The position numbers and the translations under genes are program-made. Shown piece after piece: positions 32,043 through 39,640 of a DNA stretch of 64,000 nucleotides (the first letter of the stretch is position 1; the number at the start of each line of letters is the position of its first letter). Below the pieces are notes generated by a model. It did not search any database, was not told the origin of the DNA, and worked only from the letters and a program-made list of their open reading frames with translations. Origin of the DNA: an uncultured virus (IMG/VR IMGVR_UViG_3300029787_000013) (Duplodnaviria; Heunggongvirae; Uroviricota; Caudoviricetes); IMG/VR virus record IMGVR_UViG_3300029787_000013. The stretch is one strand, 5' to 3'.

Positions 32043-32435
32043 TTATTTTTTTAGTTTTTCTACCGACCTTCCTCCAAAATAAGCTCCAATTATTGTGATA
32101 AGAGTTAATTGTAAAAGATCAGTCCACTTCTCTTCTACCACAAAATTGATAGCCCCAGCATCGATAAAAATTAAAATCATTGTACACACTAATACAAAAA
32201 TGAGCGTCATTGGACGTACATTTTTAGAAAGCCATGAATCTGATTTCATATCAGCGTCCCATCTAGTGCTTACTTGTTTTTCCATTTCCATTTGATAATT
32301 AGCCATAAGTTCTTTCATTTTTCTTTTGGCTTCTAATTTTTCTTCTTTAGAAGTGCTTAAATTATCAAGGACCCCACCAACAGAGTCTATTAATTTTTCA
32401 GTACTTCCACCAAATATTGTTTTTAATATTTTCAT
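32043..32435 (-). CDS. Holin (GTA-type 3TM-holin-like)
   Basis: DSWLSKNVRP followed by two hydrophobic helices and GAYFGGRSVEK. Confidence 0.8.
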   Translation of the reverse strand: MKILKTIFGGSTEKLIDSVGGVLDNLSTSKEEKLEAKRKMKELMANYQMEMEKQVSTRWDADMKSDSWLSKNVRPMTLIFVLVCTMILIFIDAGAINFVVEEKWTDLLQLTLITIIGAYFGGRSVEKLKK

Positions 32436-32854
32436 TTTTTATATTTTCTTTGGTTTTTAATTGGATCCAAGTTTTTAACATTACATAATACATCAACTTC
32501 ACCACCAGTTCCTGCACAAGTTGCATACACTCTAAACTTATATGGAAGTTTAAATTCTAATTTAGAAGGATGGGACGCAGGGACCCATTCCCTATTTGCA
32601 GCATCATATTCTGGTAAAAACTTATTATATTGTATCCCTGCATATAATTTTTGACTCTTATATATATAATAAGTATTTGTCCTTCTGTTTCTATTTGCAT
32701 CTTTTGAAGTTAAATATTCTTTAATGTATATAGTTATAGTAGCATTACTATTACAGTACAAAAAAAGATCTTCAATCTTGCAGTGTTTTCCTATATAAAG
32801 CACTGCAGTAGGATTACTTGTTGTTGATAAATTATATGTTTGTGTATAATCCAT
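32432..32854 (-). CDS. Hypothetical beta-rich protein
   Basis: 140 aa, translationally coupled in the operon. Confidence 0.55.
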   Translation of the reverse strand: MDYTQTYNLSTTSNPTAVLYIGKHCKIEDLFLYCNSNATITIYIKEYLTSKDANRNRRTNTYYIYKSQKLYAGIQYNKFLPEYDAANREWVPASHPSKLEFKLPYKFRVYATCAGTGGEVDVLCNVKNLDPIKNQRKYKK

Positions 32855-33339
32855 TATTTATTAACGTCATCAAAATCTACATAAGTTATTGTTACTTCTT
32901 CTCCACATTCTAATGCTTCTGCAATAGGTGGGTATACTCTTTTATATGCATTAGTAGAACTGCCTATAAACCCATCTTTTTTGACTTGGTTGTTTGTTTG
33001 CGTGTCCCCCACAAGTAAACACCCACTCGTGTGTTCATCAGTATTACCACAATGAATAAGGATATACTTAAAGTTAGGAACATTAATAACATGCAAAGTA
33101 CCTTTATGAATATCAGCAAAACGCTTAGTATAATTTTTGTGGATTCTACCAATCGTTCTAAGAATGACTTTGTATGTGCCCGCAGGTATTCTAGTTTCAT
33201 GCATGACTTTTTTGTTTTCACTGTCTCTATATTCATCTTCTAATGTATAAGCTAAAAATTTTCTTTTGTTTGTGACATCAAATAATAGACCCGATGTACT
33301 ATCGGCCTCACTTGAAAATCTAATTACTTCTAATTTCAT
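32854..33339 (-). CDS. DUF5675-family protein (L,D-transpeptidase-like, candidate endolysin)
   Basis: YTLED, IPAGTY, ILIHCGNTDEHTSGCLLVG His/Cys motif; close to the holin. Confidence 0.75.
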   Translation of the reverse strand: MKLEVIRFSSEADSTSGLLFDVTNKRKFLAYTLEDEYRDSENKKVMHETRIPAGTYKVILRTIGRIHKNYTKRFADIHKGTLHVINVPNFKYILIHCGNTDEHTSGCLLVGDTQTNNQVKKDGFIGSSTNAYKRVYPPIAEALECGEEVTITYVDFDDVNK

Positions 33340-33381
33340 TTATTTTTTTATTGTTTTTAAATATATTTATTATTCTTGATA

Positions 33382-33756
33382 TTATTCAAATTGTTTTAAC
33401 ATAATTTGATCAATAGCATTTTGAACATCACCTTTACTTGCTTCTAATTGAAACATTATATTTGGATCAAATTGTTTTTCAACATTTCCGTTATTGAAAA
33501 CGATCAAAGTAGGTATAGCTGATATATTGTATTTTGTTTGTATATCTATATACTTACCTATATCTACTCTGTATACTTCACATTCATCTAACTTAGGCAA
33601 CCATGCGCATTCATTAGTAGCATTCCAACCTGCCCAAAATTCCACTACCACAATACCTCTACTTATTTCTTTTTTAAAATTATCTGTAGTTAACATGTCT
33701 TGAGCCCCGCACAACGAGGTTACTAAAATCATTATGAGGGCTATATATTTTTTCAT
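33382..33756 (-). CDS. Exported thioredoxin-fold protein lacking CxxC
   Basis: Signal peptide MKKYIALIMILVTSLCGA|Q; VVVEFWAGWN in place of WCxxC; YNISAIPTLIVFNNG cis-Pro loop. Confidence 0.75.
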   Translation of the reverse strand: MKKYIALIMILVTSLCGAQDMLTTDNFKKEISRGIVVVEFWAGWNATNECAWLPKLDECEVYRVDIGKYIDIQTKYNISAIPTLIVFNNGNVEKQFDPNIMFQLEASKGDVQNAIDQIMLKQFE

Positions 33757-34097
33757 TTTCTAAGTTCTTTAAGTTCTTCTTTAAGTTCTTCCACTTCTTT
33801 TATAACATTATCAATCTTATCTCTTGCCATTTGATCTTTCATGTTAAACTCCATTCTTGTTGGAGGCCAAGTTTGTGAAGCGGCAGGGTCTCCCATATCT
33901 ATGACATAAGTACCTGTTCCTGGTTTAGGTTTTTCTAAAGCTTCTGCAACTTTAATTTCAAGTTCCATAAACTTACCATTTATATTTGATAACATTCCAT
34001 AATATCCTGCTACAGCTGCTGCGATTCCAGCTGCTATCCAAATAAGAGTTTTTATGCTTATATTAAATTTGCTATTTTCTGATAGTTCTTTTGCCAT
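33753..34097 (-). CDS. Single-pass membrane protein with C-terminal coiled coil
   Basis: TLIWIAAGIAAAVAGYYGML transmembrane segment; IKEVEELKEELKELRK. Confidence 0.65.
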   Translation of the reverse strand: MAKELSENSKFNISIKTLIWIAAGIAAAVAGYYGMLSNINGKFMELEIKVAEALEKPKPGTGTYVIDMGDPAASQTWPPTRMEFNMKDQMARDKIDNVIKEVEELKEELKELRK

Positions 34098-34101
34098 TTT
34101 A

Positions 34102-34422
34102 TTAATTTGTTACTTCGTTCATAATTACATCTGCTACATAGTCTGTATGACCATTAGCATACACTAGTCTAAAGGTATCATCATATACAAAAGGTTCTCC
34201 TTCAAATACATCTAAAGTGTAACCTGATGCAATTTCTATATTTTTTAATATATAATATGTATCCCCACCCGCATTTTGCAAATATAGATTTACTGCTATT
34301 GCTGTAGTATCAGTATTACATATTAAAAGTCTAAATACTTTTTTAGTTTTTCCATCATCAGTATTAACACTTAATATCTGTCCTACTGTTGTTGCGTTTA
34401 CATTTAAATATTTAAAAGTCAT
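34102..34422 (-). CDS. Small beta-sandwich phage structural-like protein
   Basis: 106 aa; LLICNTDTTAIAVNLYL...IEIASGYTLD pattern. Confidence 0.5.
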   Translation of the reverse strand: MTFKYLNVNATTVGQILSVNTDDGKTKKVFRLLICNTDTTAIAVNLYLQNAGGDTYYILKNIEIASGYTLDVFEGEPFVYDDTFRLVYANGHTDYVADVIMNEVTN

Positions 34423-34424
34423 AT

Positions 34425-34721
34425 TTATGCTATTGATATTATTCCTCTATTATTCCACAAAGTTCCAGTTGCTAAACCTTTACTTGACGTTGGTATAGCA
34501 CTACCAATAGCGCTAGCAGCTAACATCTCGTTACTAGCTATATATCTTCTAAGTTCATCTACATCTTCTCTTAGTAGTTGTATTTGATATAATAAAACAT
34601 CTATCTCATCAAGACCTGCGTAGTCTAAATGTTTATTGTTATCAAACTTAGTTTTCATAGAAGCTAAATCGCTACCTGTTTTATTATGTATATCTCCTGA
34701 TTTTCTTGCTGCTAATGCCAT
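34425..34721 (-). CDS. Hypothetical fibre-like protein (coiled coil plus PTSSKGLATGTLWNNRG motif)
   Basis: 98 aa; the C-terminal motif is typical of phage fibre domains. Confidence 0.5.
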   Translation of the reverse strand: MALAARKSGDIHNKTGSDLASMKTKFDNNKHLDYAGLDEIDVLLYQIQLLREDVDELRRYIASNEMLAASAIGSAIPTSSKGLATGTLWNNRGIISIA

Positions 34722-34731
34722 AATATTAATT

Positions 34732-35592
34732 TTAAACTGTTGCTATTGTTACGTAACCACCGTGTATTTCATCTGCTGAGCCATCTGATGTTACTCTTAC
34801 TAATATATAATTTGTTGTATCGCTAGTAACTTCAGTTCCTAAAGTTTTTTCTGTGCCAATGCTAGTTGATCCAGTCGCTACATCTGTTATTGTTTTACTA
34901 TTTATATCCCCTTCGTATACATAAAAGTCTTGACCCGTGTCGCTACCATATATTCTAACGTGTGTGGCTTTATACCCTGTTGGTATATGTAAATAAGCAA
35001 AAGCATCATTACTACTAAATGAATGCATAAATAAATAATTACTACCTATATCGTTATCATTTATCATTAAAGGTCTACCAACATCATTAGCTACAAAATC
35101 TTTAGGTAATATTTTTATTCTAGTAGCTGAACCATGCCAACCAACTGTAGTTGCAGATGGTATATCACTAGTCAAAGCAACTGTACCAGTAGTATTTGGT
35201 AATGTTATTGTTTTGTTTGAACTAGTTGTATCTGCTGCTGTTAAAGTAGTATTATATGCATCATCTGTAGATCCTTCAAATATAATTCCTGCTCCTGTAT
35301 TATCCACAAAACTTAATCCGTCACTATTTATTTTTGCTAAAAATGCAGAATCATCTTTAAATACTACATCTCCCCCATCTGCATTTAAATAAATATCATT
35401 ACCTGCATCTAACGTTATATTTCCTGTTACACCACTTGTTGATTGTAACGTTAAAGCCCCTGTACTTTGAACAGCTTTAGTCCCAGTTAAAGATCCTGAT
35501 AAATTTTCCTGTAATACAACAGGACCACCAGTAGTAATACTACCTATAGATTTAATTTCACCAGTTCTCTTATGTTGGCCTAACCATTTCAT
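34732..35592 (-). CDS. Putative tail/head fibre protein
   Basis: 286 aa, Gly/Ser/Thr-rich; ITLDAGNDIYLNADGGDV, KTITLPNTTGTVALTSDIP. Confidence 0.6.
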   Translation of the reverse strand: MKWLGQHKRTGEIKSIGSITTGGPVVLQENLSGSLTGTKAVQSTGALTLQSTSGVTGNITLDAGNDIYLNADGGDVVFKDDSAFLAKINSDGLSFVDNTGAGIIFEGSTDDAYNTTLTAADTTSSNKTITLPNTTGTVALTSDIPSATTVGWHGSATRIKILPKDFVANDVGRPLMINDNDIGSNYLFMHSFSSNDAFAYLHIPTGYKATHVRIYGSDTGQDFYVYEGDINSKTITDVATGSTSIGTEKTLGTEVTSDTTNYILVRVTSDGSADEIHGGYVTIATV

Positions 35593-35826
35593 TTATTTAC
35601 ACTTATCACATTTTTTATTACCCGCAAATTTTTCTACACCACTAATACCAAAACATCCTAATACAACCCATACAAATGAATCATATACGAATTCATTAAT
35701 TACTAGATCAGAACCAGTTGCACCAGTTACTAGATCTATGATCATAACTATGACCATTATTAAGAATGCTATAAAGCCAACCACAGCTTTTTCATTCCAA
35801 TCGTTACTATCTTTAAATATATTCAT
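35593..35826 (-). CDS. Small two-TM membrane protein (holin/antiholin-like)
   Basis: 77 aa; AVVGFIAFLIMVIVMIIDLV and FVWVVLGCFGISGVEKF. Confidence 0.65.
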   Translation of the reverse strand: MNIFKDSNDWNEKAVVGFIAFLIMVIVMIIDLVTGATGSDLVINEFVYDSFVWVVLGCFGISGVEKFAGNKKCDKCK

Positions 35827-35836
35827 ATAATTTATT

Positions 35837-36190
35837 TTAAATTTGTTCTATTGGTGGTTCTAATAAAAATCCTCCCATTTGTTTTTTCTTTCCTCCTTTT
35901 TTATACATCATTTTATTTCCTCCTTTTTTATATAATTTACCTCCTTTTTTTCTCATTGTTTGAGGAACATAGTCTAAAACTTTAGGGTCTTTCTTTACTC
36001 CTGAAGTTTTATTTCTATCTGGATATTTCTTTTTATCATCATATACATTTTCATCAGGATCTTCATTTATATCTCTTGTAGTATATTTTTTTTCTACTCC
36101 GTCTTTACCTGCCCAGTAAAAATATCTTACACCTGCATCTCTTGCAGATCTGTAGGCTTTCTCGAAAGAGGTTAATTTTTTCTTTGTCAT
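35837..36190 (-). CDS. Small basic protein with tandem KKGG repeats
   Basis: 117 aa; SFEKAYRSARDAG..FYWAGK; MRKKGG KLYKKGG NKMMYKKGG KKKQMGG. Confidence 0.65.
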   Translation of the reverse strand: MTKKKLTSFEKAYRSARDAGVRYFYWAGKDGVEKKYTTRDINEDPDENVYDDKKKYPDRNKTSGVKKDPKVLDYVPQTMRKKGGKLYKKGGNKMMYKKGGKKKQMGGFLLEPPIEQI

Positions 36191-36202
36191 AACATTTTAA
36201 TT

Positions 36203-36949
36203 TTAATCTAATTTATATTTTACTTTTCCATTTTGAATATATAATCCATCAGGTTGCCTTATAGCTTGTCCTAATAAATTATACATTGTATTATTATTTT
36301 TAGATTGTTCTATAATTTCAGGAATATTTGAATTACAAGGCATTCCTGTATCACAATCTATATACTCTGTAGATATAACATCTACATATTCTATTATAGT
36401 ATCTGTAGTAAAAAACTCTATATATTCTGTTTCTATCTCTACTATTGTATCAAATACAAATACATCTACATACTCTATTACATCTATAAACATAGTGTCC
36501 AAAGCTCCTTCCATCCATAATGTATCTGTAACAAATATTTCTTCAAATATAGTTTCATATTCAATTTCTATTATAGTATCAAAAAGTATTTGTGTAATAT
36601 ATTCTGTGTTGTATATAGTATCTATTTGAAGAACTGTCTCATATATATAAACAGGTATATCCACATATACAGTATCACAAAGTGGTGGAGGTGGTATACA
36701 ATCTAAAGGTAAGGTTGGTGTTACATCATCCCCCTCATCGCTGGCATCTACACAATCGATCCACCCATCGTTAATCCAAGATGTTTGAACACATCCTAAT
36801 GGAGCATATTGTGTCCAGTTTTCTGGATCATCTCCACAGTAATAACCTTCTGCTTCAGCACATTGTAAGCATAGTTGCTGAAAATCGTACCCTTGTCCAT
36901 AAGTAAACGAACCTATAAACAATACTAATATATATATAATTCTTTTCAT
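36203..36949 (-). CDS. Exported protein: LDL-receptor class A-like head, DT-repeat stalk, T9SS-type C-terminal sorting signal
   Basis: Signal peptide ...SFTYG|Q; GCVQTSWINDGWIDCVDASDE; seven D-T-[VILM] motifs; YNLLGQ...GLYIQNGKVKY at the C terminus. Confidence 0.7.
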   Translation of the reverse strand: MKRIIYILVLFIGSFTYGQGYDFQQLCLQCAEAEGYYCGDDPENWTQYAPLGCVQTSWINDGWIDCVDASDEGDDVTPTLPLDCIPPPPLCDTVYVDIPVYIYETVLQIDTIYNTEYITQILFDTIIEIEYETIFEEIFVTDTLWMEGALDTMFIDVIEYVDVFVFDTIVEIETEYIEFFTTDTIIEYVDVISTEYIDCDTGMPCNSNIPEIIEQSKNNNTMYNLLGQAIRQPDGLYIQNGKVKYKLD

Positions 36950-36952
36950 ATT

Positions 36953-38014
36953 TTAAAATATTAAATAGTTAAATCCAAACTTACAGTCATAAACAGTTTT
37001 ACCCCAATACTTCATATGAGTACCTTCTACAAATAAACCTAAATGTTTTGTAAGGCGCCATCCTAATACTAAACCAGCATCCCATTCTATTGAACTATCA
37101 GTATATTCATAACTGTAATCATCTAATCCGTAGTGATATGGCATTATATTTCCCCATGCGTGAATCCAAAAAGTTGGTGTATATTTATAATAAGCTAAAC
37201 CTATTACAGCACTAATTTCTTTTTGTAAACCTAATTTATTTAATTCTTGCTCATTAAATCTTGCAACTGCATCACCAAACCACCAATTATAAAATTCATC
37301 ATTTGATGTAGCAATCAATATAGAATCACCGCTACTAACGTCATACCAGTTTTGATCTACATAAAAGCCTTGTACCCATTGTTCTGAAGCATAACCAAAA
37401 TCTTCTGCCAAATCTTGAAATGTAGATTCTCCAGGTACCCAGAAATCTTCAATAGGATTTATTCCATATGCAGGATGAACGCGAAATACTGTTCCCACAG
37501 TAAAGTCCCAATTTCCTGAATTAAGTCTAAATCTTGTATCAAAGGATGTATATTTTAAATTTACTCTCTGGTTATCTGTATATTGAATTTTGGTCACACA
37601 TTTAGATCCCAAGTATCTAAGCCAGAAATTTTGATCAGTAAATTTTTCACCGCGATTACGTATAAACGAATAATTAAATAAATACTCCCAACCAACAGAA
37701 TTACCAATAGTAACATTGTCTGCAATATTGTCTTCAGTTCCGTAATACCACGTTTTAACTTTGTATTCATAATCAAATCTTGCTATTTTTCGTAGGCCTA
37801 CTGTTATATTAAAATCATAAGGATTGACCCACGTTACGTCCTCATAACCTTTATCGATTGCTATATAATCCTCGCTTTCTGTCATTGATGTTCCCATAGA
37901 CATCGATGAATAAAAAGTAGAATATTTAAAAAAGTCTTCTATTTGTGCACAGCATTTCTTTGGCGTAGCACATGATGTTAATAAGATTGCTAATAATATT
38001 AATATTTTTTTCAT
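36953..38014 (-). CDS. Putative outer-membrane beta-barrel protein
   Basis: Signal peptide with lipobox-like LTSC; alternating aromatic amphipathic strands (WEYLFNYSF, WDFTVGTVFR, WDAGLVLGW); ends FGFNYLIF (beta-signal). Confidence 0.7.
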   Translation of the reverse strand: MKKILILLAILLTSCATPKKCCAQIEDFFKYSTFYSSMSMGTSMTESEDYIAIDKGYEDVTWVNPYDFNITVGLRKIARFDYEYKVKTWYYGTEDNIADNVTIGNSVGWEYLFNYSFIRNRGEKFTDQNFWLRYLGSKCVTKIQYTDNQRVNLKYTSFDTRFRLNSGNWDFTVGTVFRVHPAYGINPIEDFWVPGESTFQDLAEDFGYASEQWVQGFYVDQNWYDVSSGDSILIATSNDEFYNWWFGDAVARFNEQELNKLGLQKEISAVIGLAYYKYTPTFWIHAWGNIMPYHYGLDDYSYEYTDSSIEWDAGLVLGWRLTKHLGLFVEGTHMKYWGKTVYDCKFGFNYLIF

Positions 38015-38883
38015 TATGTTATATTGTATTTTTGTTTTAGTCTTCTTTCTATTTCTTTTATTTCTTTATCTGGTAAAGCTATAGAATACATTAATATTTC
38101 ATAAATATCACCGTCCCAGGACCCACCCCCTAGTAGTATTTCACACCCAGTATTATTAGCATCTAATGCATAATCTTGATCTTTAGTATTTCCATTAGTT
38201 ATACCATCACTAGTATCGCCGTTTGCATACATGTAAGCACTTGAACTTCCAGCGCATCTAATTGTCCAAAGTTCAACATTTGTTGTAGCTTGTCTACTAC
38301 TACTTTGATTAACATCACCAGTTTTATCACTCGCATTCCCCATAAATATGTGATAGTTATTAGCTTTAACTCCTATGGTCATTGGATCATCTGTATTATC
38401 ACTTATATCATGTCCTTGTATCTGAAGTAAGTGCTCTTGTCCTGGGGTAGCACTATCATTTTTTGCTACCCAAAATATAGTGATAGCTTGTCCATTTAAA
38501 CGTGAGTCAGATAATTTATTTGTCGCTACATTTCCACTAGATTTATTTGCAAAAAGTGTATCATTAGCACCATCAAATCTTGCAAAAACATGACCATTTT
38601 GTCCACCTGATATAAGAGCAGGTTGTTTTGACGCATCACTTTGTCTTAAACTTGTTCCTGTACATAAAGTAGAAGACCTACCAAATCTATCATTAAAAGC
38701 TTTATTATCAACAACTGCTATTGTATCAATATTAGGATTTGCTTTTGTTCCAGAAGTATCACTGTACACAGTTCTAAGATCTGTAAAGTCTATCCATAAT
38801 ACAGGACCCTCCTTTATAGAACTATATTTCTTTTTTCTAAATTTAGTAGAACTACTAGTATTTGATGATCTTAAACTTAACAT
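38014..38883 (-). CDS. LamG/concanavalin-A-like lectin-fold structural protein
   Basis: LWIDFTD, ARFDGANDTL, WDGDIYEILMY...LPDKEIKEIERRLKQKY. Confidence 0.7.
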   Translation of the reverse strand: MLSLRSSNTSSSTKFRKKKYSSIKEGPVLWIDFTDLRTVYSDTSGTKANPNIDTIAVVDNKAFNDRFGRSSTLCTGTSLRQSDASKQPALISGGQNGHVFARFDGANDTLFANKSSGNVATNKLSDSRLNGQAITIFWVAKNDSATPGQEHLLQIQGHDISDNTDDPMTIGVKANNYHIFMGNASDKTGDVNQSSSRQATTNVELWTIRCAGSSSAYMYANGDTSDGITNGNTKDQDYALDANNTGCEILLGGGSWDGDIYEILMYSIALPDKEIKEIERRLKQKYNIT

Positions 38884-39191
38884 TACGATACAGTTGTATC
38901 AGTAGTTGCAAAATATGCTATGCATGCCCCACTTGCAAGATCTATCACTGTAAAATTACCATATATAGTTAATCCTTCAGGAAAAGTTTCACTTGCTGTT
39001 GAGTTTCCACTCCAATTACTTGCAGTCAATGTATTAAATATTGTATTTTCTAAAAACGTAATTGCGTTCCACCCACTTGCTGCAGTGTGTGTAGCCCCAT
39101 CATTTATAAAAAATGCTCCGTGAGAGCCGTTACTTTTATCAATTAAAGTTGTAAGTCGAGATAAAAGTTTTTCTTGTCCAGTTCTTGACAT
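38883..39191 (-). CDS. Small beta-rich phage structural-like protein
   Basis: 102 aa; FPEGLTIYGNFTVIDLASGACIAY. Confidence 0.55.
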   Translation of the reverse strand: MSRTGQEKLLSRLTTLIDKSNGSHGAFFINDGATHTAASGWNAITFLENTIFNTLTASNWSGNSTASETFPEGLTIYGNFTVIDLASGACIAYFATTDTTVS

Positions 39192-39196
39192 AATTA

Positions 39197-39607
39197 TTAT
39201 TTTATTAAAGTTTGTATTCCTGTTAATTGAGCTGCATTAATATCTTTAGGTAGCATATTTTCATAAATTGATATTAAGTTAACCTCTGTAGTATCTTTCA
39301 TAACCTCTTCTAATTCAGCTAATTGTTTTTTACGAGCATCTACTAGTTTTTTATTATCTTTTTCTAATTTTTCTATTCCTTTCATATCTTTTTTTTGTTC
39401 TAACTCTCCTACTTTTCTAGAAAGCTCTACAAATTCTGGAGATGGAGTAGCAGCTTTTTCAAGATCTTCTAATTCATCTTTTAAAATTTTAATATTTTTA
39501 GAAACTCGTAGTGCAAATTTTAAACCTGATAAGTTTTGAACTGCATGTAAGCCTTGTAATAAAGTAACTAGTTCTTTATTAGTAAATGTTGTTTTTTCTT
39601 GTTGCAT
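39197..39607 (-). CDS. Helical hypothetical protein, possible fibre chaperone
   Basis: 136 aa, charged coiled coil, directly after the fibre gene. Confidence 0.5.
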   Translation of the reverse strand: MQQEKTTFTNKELVTLLQGLHAVQNLSGLKFALRVSKNIKILKDELEDLEKAATPSPEFVELSRKVGELEQKKDMKGIEKLEKDNKKLVDARKKQLAELEEVMKDTTEVNLISIYENMLPKDINAAQLTGIQTLIK

Positions 39608-39640
39608 TGTATTTAATTTTAAGTTATTATTATTTAGTTA

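Noticed and set aside
35870..36680. CRISPR-like or DGR-like repeats in the KKGG and DT-repeat genes
   Set aside because: Repeats are in-frame, degenerate and explained by protein sequence; no spacers and no reverse transcriptase in the window
33382..38014. Host genomic island or chimeric assembly explaining the exported proteins
   Set aside because: Genes are co-oriented, overlap or abut phage fibre and lysis genes, share the same composition, and show no att site or integrase; read mapping would settle it
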